From positions 1 to 59,203 of IMG/VR virus record IMGVR_UViG_3300002143_000074: 59,203 nucleotides of DNA; one strand, 5' to 3'. Under the pieces are notes generated by a model that worked only from the letters and a program-made list of their open reading frames with translations, ran no database searches and had not been told where the DNA came from. The DNA is from a virus (lineage: Duplodnaviria; Caudoviricetes). This document shows, one piece after another, positions 1 through 7,791 of the stretch (position 1 is the stretch's first letter; every line of letters begins with the position of its first letter). The position numbers and the translations under genes are program-made.

Positions 1-98
1 ATGCCAATATTGCTAAGGGAAATTTAGAATTGGGACAGTTTCTATCTTTATGTGAAGAAATATTAAAATACAACGGATACACAGTTTTTAAAAATTAA

Positions 99-602
99 AT
101 GGAAACTATACCAGAGTATGAAACCATAAAAGAAATACCAATCCATAGTTGGATGTGTAAAATGATTTTGCGTTATGATAATTTCATTTGGTATGATGAT
201 AAAATTGGTAAAATAAGACAAGATATTCTCAATTGGATGAATCAAGTTTCATCCTCGGTTGGAATAAAACATGGAAGTAGTTTAATATGGTATTATAGAA
301 TACCAGAAGCATCCACGCCAAACTTTAAATGTTTGCATATTGATGTATATTTATCAAAATTTAAGATATTTGATAGAATTCCGAGAAGTCATGTGGATTT
401 TGAACATTTTTCCAAATTTGTTAAAAAATCTTGGAATTTGGGAGAATTAACTATTGATAGTAATGTTACAACGGACGATGTAATGTCATCTTGTATTAGA
501 ATGACAAGAACTGAACAGATATATCACGATGTATATGTTTATTTTTCAAAAGGATTTGTAAATCGAAGAAGTGAATTGATTACTGATGTAATGGCAGCAT
601 GA
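99..602 (+). CDS. hypothetical protein
   Basis: 167-aa ORF, ATG start, no recognised motif. Confidence 0.6.
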   Translation: METIPEYETIKEIPIHSWMCKMILRYDNFIWYDDKIGKIRQDILNWMNQVSSSVGIKHGSSLIWYYRIPEASTPNFKCLHIDVYLSKFKIFDRIPRSHVDFEHFSKFVKKSWNLGELTIDSNVTTDDVMSSCIRMTRTEQIYHDVYVYFSKGFVNRRSELITDVMAA

Positions 603-651
603 AATGCTCTGAATATTTTCGTCCACGTTCAAATCGTGGGTAATCAACCAT

Positions 652-903
652 ATGTTAATGTCAGACGTCAAATTAAATATTAATTGGAAAGTGACTTGGT
701 GGAAAAAATCCGAATCACCGACTATAGAACATTATTTGGGAAAAACAGCCGGTCCAGTGTTTACTACGATGGATGAGTGTCAGGGTGCTATCAACACATT
801 CCCACAGGTGGATAAATTTTTTAATCCATGGGTATATCAAGTAAGTCCGACAGATGAAGAAGTCACTCATAAGTTTGAAGACAATAAAGTGATTGCGTTT
901 TAA
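652..903 (+). CDS. hypothetical protein
   Basis: 83-aa ORF in the gene-dense + strand run. Confidence 0.55.
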   Translation: MLMSDVKLNINWKVTWWKKSESPTIEHYLGKTAGPVFTTMDECQGAINTFPQVDKFFNPWVYQVSPTDEEVTHKFEDNKVIAF

Positions 904-907
904 GGTG

Positions 908-935
908 TTGACAAATCAGAAAGACCTGATACAGT
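908..935 (+). promoter_or_regulatory. sigma70-type promoter for the tRNA cluster
   Basis: TTGACA 908-913, 16-nt spacer, TACAGT 930-935, 20 nt upstream of the first tRNA. Confidence 0.7.
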
Positions 936-955
936 AAAACCAGATTAGATTTTTT

Positions 956-1028
956 GGTGTTGTGGCCGAGTTTAGGCATCTGTTCGCAAGACAGATTTAC
1001 ACTGGCTAAGTTCCAGTCGATACCTCCA
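956..1028 (+). tRNA. tRNA-Cys(GCA)-like, atypical loops
   Basis: Acceptor GGTGTTG/CGATACC, U73, encoded CCA; anticodon arm TCTGT-TCGCAAG-ACAGA; T arm ACTGG-CTAAGTT-CCAGT lacks TTC. Confidence 0.7.
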
Positions 1029-1037
1029 TTTTATTAT

Positions 1038-1109
1038 GGGTAGGTCGTCTAACTGTTAGGACAGTTCCCATTTCTGGAACAAATGCTGGTTCAAATCCAG
1101 CCCTACCCA
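1038..1109 (+). tRNA. tRNA of undetermined identity (non-canonical anticodon loop)
   Basis: Acceptor GGGTAGG/CCTACCC, D arm GTCT..GGAC, T arm GCTGG-TTCAAAT-CCAGC; anticodon arm GTTCC-CATTTCT-GGAAC. Confidence 0.7.
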
Positions 1110-1118
1110 CCTTTTAAT

Positions 1119-1318
1119 AGGACGTTAGCTCAATTGGTGTAGATATAGTTCTAATTGAATAGTTAGAAATATTTTACAGTATGAACTTGGTAGGTGAGTT
1201 GAAATCAACCAAAGTTACCGGTGACGATGGATGTGAGTAACCTTAAATATCATACTTTGTGGAGAGCACTTACTTTCTAAGTAAGGGGTTGGTGGTTCGA
1301 GTCCATCACGGCCTGCCA
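1119..1318 (+). tRNA. tRNA-Arg(TCT) interrupted by a ~124-nt insertion in the D-loop
   Basis: 5' piece AGGACGT-TA-GCTC-AATTGGT (1119-1138); 3' piece GAGC-A-CTTAC-TTTCTAA-GTAAG-GGGTT-GGTGG-TTCGAGT-CCATC-ACGGCCT-G-CCA (1264-1318); acceptor 6/7 paired, D stem GCTC/GAGC spans the insertion. Confidence 0.8.
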
Positions 1319-1321
1319 TTT

Positions 1322-1552
1322 ATGGTTTTGACTGAAAATGAAGAGAAGTTTTTGAAACGGTATTTTAACGAATACGCAATACACCGTGGAGAAGATGTTA
1401 TTGGTGTGTTGATGTTAAATGGTGCGTTCAAAGAACTTCCCGATGGTCAATTGGTTGAATTTTCTAATAAGTTAGAAGATAAACGGGTGGAAATTGAGTT
1501 AAGAGAACAGATTGAAAAACAAAAACAACGATACAACAAAAATGAAAACTGA
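1322..1552 (+). CDS. hypothetical protein
   Basis: ATG at 1322 just after the tRNA; the track's GTG start at 1259 lies inside the tRNA. Confidence 0.6.
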   Translation: MVLTENEEKFLKRYFNEYAIHRGEDVIGVLMLNGAFKELPDGQLVEFSNKLEDKRVEIELREQIEKQKQRYNKNEN

Positions 1553-1799
1553 ATTGTAGAATTGCAAAGAAGCCGTGTTTCACTTTAATAAAGCACATTT
1601 AACGAATCCGTCGATTCCTATGTGGGTGATTAAAGCCAAGGGTGAAACATTTTACGTGAATCACGTTACGGCGAATGTTGGTTGGACAACGAAAGAAACA
1701 GTTGACAATCCTCATACTAAGGGTAGTATCAAGTTTAAGAATGTGGATGTAGTAATTGAAAACGGTGACGGACTGATTACAAATGCATCAGTAGCTTAA
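1542..1799 (+). CDS. phage hypothetical protein, in-frame TAG at 1557-1559
   Basis: ATG 1542 overlaps the upstream gene end and reads MKTEL*NCKEAVFHFNKAHL in frame with ORF 1575..1799. Confidence 0.55.
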
Positions 1800-1855
1800 T
1801 GGCAAAGCGGGAATCTCTAAAATTCTGCATGTGGGTTCGATCCCCACCTTTTGCA
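1785..1855 (+). tRNA. amber suppressor tRNA (anticodon CTA)
   Basis: D arm GCTT/AAGC, anticodon arm GGAAT-CTCTAAA-ATTCT (CTA at 1817-1819), T arm GTGGG-TTCGATC-CCCAC; acceptor GCATCAG/CTTTTGC has 2 mismatches; no full CCA. Confidence 0.75.
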
Positions 1856-1928
1856 CCTTTGTTGAAAATTAAAATAAGTCGTTTGGAAAGTTTGATAATA
1901 CTTATCTGAACAATGAAGTGAAAATCGG

Positions 1929-1956
1929 TTGACAAAAAGAAAAACGGTGATAGAGT
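1929..1956 (+). promoter_or_regulatory. sigma70-type promoter for tRNA-Cys and the large ncRNA
   Basis: TTGACA 1929-1934, 16-nt spacer, TAGAGT 1951-1956. Confidence 0.7.
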
Positions 1957-1974
1957 AAGTGAAGTAAGAAAAAC

Positions 1975-2048
1975 GGTGTTGTGGGAAAGCGGTAATCCAC
2001 TTGTTCCGCAAGAACAGGAAATCAGTGGTTCAAATCCATCCAGCACCT
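1975..2048 (+). tRNA. tRNA-Cys(GCA)-like, atypical anticodon loop
   Basis: Acceptor GGTGTTG/CAGCACC, U73; anticodon arm TTGTT-CCGCAAG-AACAG; T loop TTCAAAT. Confidence 0.7.
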
Positions 2049-2052
2049 CTTA

Positions 2053-3064
2053 GGTTAGTTGAGTGTTATACGTGAAACCTTAGATTAAAAACTCAACAGT
2101 ATGGTCGATAATACTAAAAGTTATCCGTCACCTATTGCCGACAAATAATGGAAACTATCATGAAGGGTGATTCATGACATTATTGGATTTATGTGTAAAT
2201 CCACGTTTTTGTAAATTTGTTCTTTGTAAGTTTAGAATTTGGGGGCTTGACCCCTTTAGATAAGTCATCGAAAGGTGACAAAAGAGAATTCCCCCTAACG
2301 GGAGCTCGCCATCGCAAGATGGACACTCAAGCAACTGATAGAGTCGTTGTCCTTCACTCAAAAGGTGGAGGTATATCTGACGCTGGATTGGAAAATTGTT
2401 GGTTTAGGGTAACACTGTAAACCGCATACTAACGGTACCGCCGAGCAATACCAATTCCTAACGGAACAGCCAAGAATAAGATTCAAGTCAAACATGTAGG
2501 TGTGAAACCGCAATTAAATGCTTACATGTAGAATGATAGAGAGTGGTCGGGGTAACCATGAACACAATCTTGAAATTCCGTTGAGTATCCGCAAGAGAAA
2601 GACATGGGTCGTGTCGCATATTGTATCCCAAAAGGATATGAAACGACAAGTAACGCACGACCCTGTTAGGTGCATTAATAGCTCAATGGTAGAGCAATAG
2701 TATTATACACTATATGATTGGTTCAATTCCAAGAATGAAAACGCAAAGTCGTTACGCTCAGTGAATGAAAGTGACTTAATTCCGAACTCTTAGGAGAATT
2801 CGGACGATAGACTGCTCGCAAGGCATAAATCGTTGATATTAAATCAAACGGTGCTCGCAAAGCTTAACTGTCCGCAAGACAGACGGGTGTAGAGATATTG
2901 AGTAGTTCATTGGTTGACTGGAAAAGCTACCAGTATAAAAAAGCAGTCATGTTAAATACTGATATAGGTTTCGACCATATTAGTGGATAAAATTAGGAAG
3001 CATTGTCGGCAGACGATGTATAATCTAATCAAAGATTAACGTAATATGGTGTAATCTCAACCAT
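2053..3064 (+). ncRNA. large ornate structured ncRNA (GOLLD/ROOL-like)
   Basis: ~1 kb without a credible ORF, higher GC than flanks, many GNRA/UAAC-capped hairpins and several 8-11 bp pairings between the 5' and 3' ends; lies in a phage tRNA cluster; family assignment not verified. Confidence 0.75.
2672..2738 (+). other. degenerate tRNA-like element embedded in the large ncRNA
   Basis: TA-GCTC-AATGGTA-GAGC D arm, ATAGT-ATTATAC-ACTAT anticodon-like arm, TTGG-TTCAATT-CCAA T arm; acceptor reduced to CATT/AATG. Confidence 0.6.
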
Positions 3065-3610
3065 TTAAACTAAAACCCACCCAAAATAAGACTTTTTCTT
3101 TTTAGAGATTAAACTAGAAATGCAACAATCAGCCGATTTTTTATTTTCCGATTTTAACATCTTGATAAAATCAAATCGTAACCCTGTAAAATTTCGACCA
3201 TCATATTTATTTTTAAAATTATAAATGAGATTATCAAACGATGGATTTTTATTTTTTGGTTGACTCCTTTTTTTTCGTTCCAAATCATTATAAAAAACGG
3301 TTAGTGGAGTACATGCTTTATAGTGTATATTATAAGCATTTTCGGTTTTGGCTATATCTAAATAAGTCTGTTCGACATTACGTAAATTGTTTATGTCTTC
3401 AACTATTTCTATTATTTGAAAATCGAAGTTTTCAATACCATATTTATTCCAAGCATTTTGTAAAGGTGCATTTTTATGTTTATTGTTGATTAAATCTTTT
3501 TTATGTCGGTTGAATCTTGATGTACATCCATAATTTATATTTTTACTACTACCGACGTAATATCGACTGTTAATTTTATTGATTATCTTGTATATTCCCA
3601 CTTTTTTCAT
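3065..3610 (-). CDS. GIY-YIG homing endonuclease
   Basis: GIYKIINKINSRYYVGSS, R..RH, LQNAWNKYG, EQ.YLD, YN motifs. Confidence 0.9.
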   Translation of the reverse strand: MKKVGIYKIINKINSRYYVGSSKNINYGCTSRFNRHKKDLINNKHKNAPLQNAWNKYGIENFDFQIIEIVEDINNLRNVEQTYLDIAKTENAYNIHYKACTPLTVFYNDLERKKRSQPKNKNPSFDNLIYNFKNKYDGRNFTGLRFDFIKMLKSENKKSADCCISSLISKKKKSYFGWVLV

Positions 3611-3731
3611 AATATCTGTTTAAATTTTTCAACTGTTCCATTTTTTGATTTTTCCAGTAATATTTCATTCTTCGTTTATTACGGGCCTCAATTCGATCCG
3701 ATTCCGTTAAATATTTCTTTTTTCTTCCCAT
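3576..3731 (-). CDS. 51-aa basic protein (MGRKK family) overlapping the GIY-YIG start
   Basis: Hand translation MGRKKKYLTESDRIEARNKRRMKYYWKNQKMEQLKNLNRYYEKSGNIQDNQ; colinear paralog at 18616-18771. Confidence 0.65.
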   Translation of the reverse strand: MGRKKKYLTESDRIEARNKRRMKYYWKNQKMEQLKNLNRYYEKSGNIQDNQ

Positions 3732-3825
3732 GTATATACATATGAAACATATAATAAAAACAACAAAAAAGTTACAAAAGAAAATGTTGACGTTTTCAAA
3801 TCTTGAGTTATATTTATTTGGACAT

Positions 3826-3915
3826 GGATGAGTAACCGGACAGGCGTGCCGGAACGGTTTTGAAAACCGATTGGTCCTTCACGGGATTGGCCTTCGAGTG
3901 GTCACTTTTCCGCCA
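3826..3915 (+). tRNA. tRNA-Ser(TGA)
   Basis: Anticodon arm ACGGT-TTTGAAA-ACCGA, long variable arm, G73, encoded CCA. Confidence 0.85.
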
Positions 3916-3916
3916 T

Positions 3917-4003
3917 GGTTCTTTGGGTGAGAGGATTAAACCAGAAGTTTGCTAAACTTCCGTAGTGTAAAATCTACCATCAGTTCAAATCTGATAGGAA
4001 CCG
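3917..4003 (+). tRNA. tRNA-Ser(GCT)
   Basis: Anticodon arm GAAGT-TTGCTAA-ACTTC, long variable arm, acceptor GGTTCTT/AGGAACC, G73; CCA not encoded. Confidence 0.9.
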
Positions 4004-4055
4004 CAGAGTCCCCTTCTTTCTTCTAATTCTTCAAACTTCTTCGTCTCATTCCCAC

Positions 4056-4063
4056 TATTTATA
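4056..4063 (+). promoter_or_regulatory. putative late promoter motif TATTTATA
   Basis: Motif 3 nt before ATG 4067; recurs before many genes on both strands. Confidence 0.55.
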
Positions 4064-4066
4064 CCC

Positions 4067-4441
4067 ATGGACAAACAACCGAAATCTGATTTAACGCAAA
4101 TTGCGAAGGAATTTACTGCATTTATCGTTAAGGAATTGGGAATACAAAAACCCTACAAGATTAAATTGTCTCCAACCAGAACAGAAGCCTTCACCACCCA
4201 CGCATACTACAATCCCTCCAATGGTGAAATCGGTGTTTGCATAAATAAGCGTCAAACCGCAGATGTATTACGTAGTTTAGCCCATGAAATGATTCATCAC
4301 AAACAAAATCAGGAAGGCCGATTGAAAACCGGTGAAGAAATACCTGATATTGGTGGAGAAATCGAAGATGAGGCCAATAGTGTTGCTGGGCAACTAGTTA
4401 AGAAGTTCGGTTACACCACAAAACACCAGATTTACGAATAA
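4067..4441 (+). CDS. zinc metallopeptidase-like protein (HExxH)
   Basis: LRSLAHEMIHHKQ ... IEDEAN motif. Confidence 0.7.
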   Translation: MDKQPKSDLTQIAKEFTAFIVKELGIQKPYKIKLSPTRTEAFTTHAYYNPSNGEIGVCINKRQTADVLRSLAHEMIHHKQNQEGRLKTGEEIPDIGGEIEDEANSVAGQLVKKFGYTTKHQIYE

Positions 4442-4445
4442 CGAC

Positions 4446-4473
4446 TTGACACAATCGGTGTAGATAGTATCAT
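4446..4473 (+). promoter_or_regulatory. sigma70-type promoter
   Basis: TTGACA 4446-4451, 16 nt, TATCAT 4468-4473, 9 nt before ATG 4483. Confidence 0.65.
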
Positions 4474-4482
4474 TCTCTATGA

Positions 4483-5109
4483 ATGAGAGAAATTTATACT
4501 GACAGTGTTTTGCCCAGTGATTTTCGTTTACGTCACGGTGATAAGGTCATTTTCTTGGCCGGACCAACTCCACGGGATGTCACCGTCAAATCTTGGCGAC
4601 CAGCCGCATTAGAACATTTGAATAGATGTTTATATGATGGTGTCGTGTGTATCCCCGAACGAAAAGATTGGAATGCACAGTTTGATTATGTGGACCAAGT
4701 TTCGTGGGAAAGAAAATAGTTACAAACCGCTGATGCCATTTTGTTTTGGATTCCTCGTAATCTGGTAGATATGCCAGCATTCACAACCAACGTGGAATTT
4801 GGTTATTATCTCTGTAAGAATCCACGTAAGGTTTATTATGGTCGTCCAGATGATTCTGAAAAGAACAAATATTTGGATTGGTTGTTTGAGTTGGAGACTG
4901 GTATGAATCGACTATGTGCGGTTATGCCTTATCCAAATATGACGAAAACACCTTTTATTGACCAATTCATTCATAGTAATACCGTTGACATTTGGTGGAA
5001 ATTGAAGTATAAACCAGTAGATATAAAAACATTGGATGTGAGTAAGATATTCGCTAAGGCGATTAAGAGCATCCATAACAACGAAAGTGTAAGTGAGTTA
5101 TTTGTATGA
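4483..5109 (+). CDS. nucleoside 2-deoxyribosyltransferase-like protein, in-frame TAG at 4717-4719
   Basis: IFLAGPTPR, SWR, QVSWERK*LQTADAILFWIPR, TTNVEFG; ORFs 4483..4719 and 4741..5109 are one frame and one domain. Confidence 0.75.
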
Positions 5110-5456
5110 ACACAGTTGATAAATATACATTTGGAAATACTACGTCGGCCATAAATTTGGCCGACATTCTGACCAAAGAAAATAATCCAAAACTACTTGG
5201 AAAGGTAAGTTCGGTGTTGTCACGGGTCAACCGATACATTAATCTGATTGACTGTGGGTTGGAAAAAACTGATGATAGGAAAGTCATTCTCCAAATGGTC
5301 AAGAATGCAATCATATCGGAGATAGATGAAAAAGAGTGGCCGAAGTCGGTTAAAACACATGTCAAATTGATGGTTACAACAAATTATCGAAAAGCCTTTC
5401 ATGGAGAACCTGATAGAAATGATTTAACCAGAAAATTACAAAAGACTAGAAAATGA
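5106..5456 (+). CDS. hypothetical protein
   Basis: 116-aa ORF with ATGA overlaps at both ends. Confidence 0.65.
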   Translation: MNTVDKYTFGNTTSAINLADILTKENNPKLLGKVSSVLSRVNRYINLIDCGLEKTDDRKVILQMVKNAIISEIDEKEWPKSVKTHVKLMVTTNYRKAFHGEPDRNDLTRKLQKTRK

Positions 5457-5749
5457 AATCAAGAGAATATACCGAAGAGGAAGTAAGAAAAATGTTTTTG
5501 GACCACATTCGAGGTCTGGCTGCATATTGGGATAGTGTTGAAGGTAGAACATCACGGGAGAAATTAGATGGGTTGGCATTTTCAATTTTGGTTATGTTAG
5601 ATGGTGGAAGTGCGTTGCCCGGATTTGATGTGTCACCAAGTCCTCATCCAAGTGACAAGGAATTTCACATTGACGAGGGAACAAATTATTTCCCAAGTGA
5701 CGGAGAGTGTCAAATTGCCGGTTGTTTACACGAAGAATACCATAAGTAG
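5453..5749 (+). CDS. hypothetical protein
   Basis: 98-aa ORF coupled to the upstream gene. Confidence 0.7.
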   Translation: MKSREYTEEEVRKMFLDHIRGLAAYWDSVEGRTSREKLDGLAFSILVMLDGGSALPGFDVSPSPHPSDKEFHIDEGTNYFPSDGECQIAGCLHEEYHK

Positions 5750-5752
5750 ACT

Positions 5753-6061
5753 ATGATAGAGTATCCATCAATTATCAATTCAAGTAAAGCTCCACGGGGA
5801 AACTGTGTCGCTTTCGTGAAGTATGATGGGTCGAATTTTAGAGCCAAATATACTCAAAAACAGGGATTTAATCTATTTGGTTCACGTCGAGAATTGATTG
5901 ACGAATCACACAAATTTTTGGGGGAGTCGGTGACTATATTCAAGAAGAAATATGCCAGTACCCTCACCGACTTCTTCAAGAAAGATAAAGAACTGCGTAA
6001 TGAAAGAGAAATCATCGTTTTTGGTGAATTTTTCACCGAAAGATTTACCGAATTATTTTAA
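5753..6061 (+). pseudogene. RNA ligase-like nucleotidyltransferase, C-terminally truncated
   Basis: YPSI, motif I KYDGSN, FGSR, motif III VFGEFF, then ends 8 aa later without motifs IV-V. Confidence 0.65.
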
Positions 6062-6065
6062 ATTT

Positions 6066-6551
6066 ATGAAATTACAATCAACAGACGAGTGTAAACAGTT
6101 TTTGAGTGACCATTATGGGTTAGCCGTTAATGGTTGGAAACGAGTATCGAAATCGGGAGATAAAAAAGAATCGACTCGAATCTTTACTCACAAAGATTCA
6201 AAATTTCGATACCAAGTAATTACCGTGGGAGATTACTTTTTCTCCGTGTCACCAATCGTAGAATTACCAGTATTTACTACCGAGGAATTGAAAAAGGCTG
6301 CGAAGGGAATTAAACACTGTGGGGATTATTGTCATTTTTACTTCAATCGAAAACTTGGAGAATTGTATATTTCTATGGGTGATGGAGATTGTGCGGGTGA
6401 GGAAGAAAATGGAACCTCGACATATGAAGAAATCGTTGAAATGGTCAAAGATTTGAAAGGTGTCAAAACCATCACTGTTGAGGCCGAATGTAATCCCGAC
6501 ACAGATAGTGGAGAATGGGTTAGGATTGAGGGTACATTTGGAACCACATAA
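6066..6551 (+). CDS. hypothetical protein
   Basis: ATG at 6066 within track ORF 5952..6551. Confidence 0.6.
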   Translation: MKLQSTDECKQFLSDHYGLAVNGWKRVSKSGDKKESTRIFTHKDSKFRYQVITVGDYFFSVSPIVELPVFTTEELKKAAKGIKHCGDYCHFYFNRKLGELYISMGDGDCAGEEENGTSTYEEIVEMVKDLKGVKTITVEAECNPDTDSGEWVRIEGTFGTT

Positions 6552-6663
6552 ACATGGAACGTGGACTTTCTACACCTTTGACGAAGCTCTAAAGTTACCA
6601 TTAATGGTTAGTACGGACGATATTTTGAGACATTTGATTAAGAAAAATTATGAGGCCAAGTAA
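6538..6663 (+). pseudogene. possible Nudix hydrolase C-terminal remnant
   Basis: LEPHKHGTWTFYTFDEALKLPL resembles a Nudix C-terminus; no Nudix box or good start upstream. Confidence 0.4.
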
Positions 6664-7351
6664 GATATTTATTGTCAGGCACGGTGAAAGTGAAGGAAAC
6701 ATAGATAAGAGTGTATATGGCACAAAGCCTGATTATGCGGTTAGATTGACACCCAAGGGTATCGAACAGTCGTTTGAGGCTGGAAAGTCCTTGGTAAGTC
6801 GAATGGTTGATAATGGTGAGGGAAAGAAAAACTGCATCATCTACCACAGTCCATATATACGTGCGATTGAGACAACCAACCACATTATTCGAGGAATGAA
6901 GCCGGATGTTGTTCTTACTAGAGACATGGTTATAGAAGAACCACGGTTGAGAGAACAGGAATGGCACTCGACTACTCCGTTGAGTGACTATACCAAACAA
7001 GCCGAGTCGGATAGAGTTGGTTACGGTATATTTCACTATCAGTTTCCATTTGGTGAAAGTTGTGCGCACGTCTTTGATAGATTGTGCGGATATGTCACAG
7101 ATATGGGACTTTCTTTTCAACAGTCGTCGAAATTTCCACCGAATCTCATAATTGTTACTCATGGTATGACTATGAGAGTGTTGTTAATGAAAATTTTCGG
7201 TAAAACTGTGAGTGAGTTTGAAACGTGGAGGAATCCACACAATTGTCAGATTTTGGAATTGACGAAGGAAAAGGTTCATTATCACTTTGATTTTGAGACT
7301 CTAAGAAAACGTCCGTTGGCTCACGAACATAGTTTACAGATTGAAGTATGA
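6650..7351 (+). CDS. histidine phosphatase (phosphoglycerate mutase family)
   Basis: IVRHGESEGN, SPYIRAIET, LREQ, GES, VTHG motifs. Confidence 0.9.
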   Translation: MRPSKIFIVRHGESEGNIDKSVYGTKPDYAVRLTPKGIEQSFEAGKSLVSRMVDNGEGKKNCIIYHSPYIRAIETTNHIIRGMKPDVVLTRDMVIEEPRLREQEWHSTTPLSDYTKQAESDRVGYGIFHYQFPFGESCAHVFDRLCGYVTDMGLSFQQSSKFPPNLIIVTHGMTMRVLLMKIFGKTVSEFETWRNPHNCQILELTKEKVHYHFDFETLRKRPLAHEHSLQIEV

Positions 7352-7767
7352 AAACTTGGACACAAATTATAACAAATACCCTTGACCAACAACGAGTCCG
7401 TCGTTGGTCAAATGTATTCTGGGCGATTGATTTACATGACAGTGTAATCACCGGTAAGTATAATAGATTCAATCAGGGGTCTACTCTTTACCCTTATGCC
7501 AAGGAGACATTGGACCTATTGTATAATAGTCCAATACACCGAACGACTCTATGGACGTCCAGTTACAAAGACTCGGCTCAAGAGGTAATTCATCGGTTTG
7601 ATTTGAAATTTCACTATTTTAACGCAAATCCAGAGTGTCCTAATGATGAATTGTGCGATTTTGGTTCCAAATTCTACTTTAACTTCCTAATTGACGATAA
7701 AGCAGGGTTTGATGGTAATAGTGATTGGGAAGAAATCTACAACTGTTTAAAAACGTTGTCGGTTTAA
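7348..7767 (+). CDS. HAD-fold phosphatase-like phage protein
   Basis: AIDLHDSV motif I-like, LWTS, IDDKAG motif IV-like. Confidence 0.6.
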   Translation: MKTWTQIITNTLDQQRVRRWSNVFWAIDLHDSVITGKYNRFNQGSTLYPYAKETLDLLYNSPIHRTTLWTSSYKDSAQEVIHRFDLKFHYFNANPECPNDELCDFGSKFYFNFLIDDKAGFDGNSDWEEIYNCLKTLSV

Positions 7768-7779
7768 GTATAATTCCTC

Positions 7780-7787
7780 TATTTATA
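7780..7787 (+). promoter_or_regulatory. putative late promoter motif TATTTATA
   Basis: 4 nt before ATG 7792, heading the five-gene MIKLK-leader operon. Confidence 0.6.
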
Positions 7788-7791
7788 GAGT

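Noticed and set aside
1259-1321. GTG-start extension of ORF 1259..1552
   Set aside because: Overlaps the tRNA-Arg 3' half; ATG 1322 is more plausible
1856-1925. HDV-like theta ribozyme after the suppressor tRNA
   Set aside because: Only an ATAAGT/ACTTAT stem; no nested double pseudoknot could be drawn
2158-2700. Short ORFs 2158..2361, 2217..2420, 2518..2700
   Set aside because: Atypical composition and located within the structured RNA
2053-3064. tmRNA, RNase P RNA, rRNA or group I/II intron identity
   Set aside because: No tmRNA acceptor ends, RNase P P4 motif, group II domain V or flanking exons recognised; needs cmscan to exclude formally
5747-5752. TAG read-through fusing 5453..5749 to the RNA ligase
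   Set aside because: Same frame, but the ligase has its own ATG and a typical N-terminus
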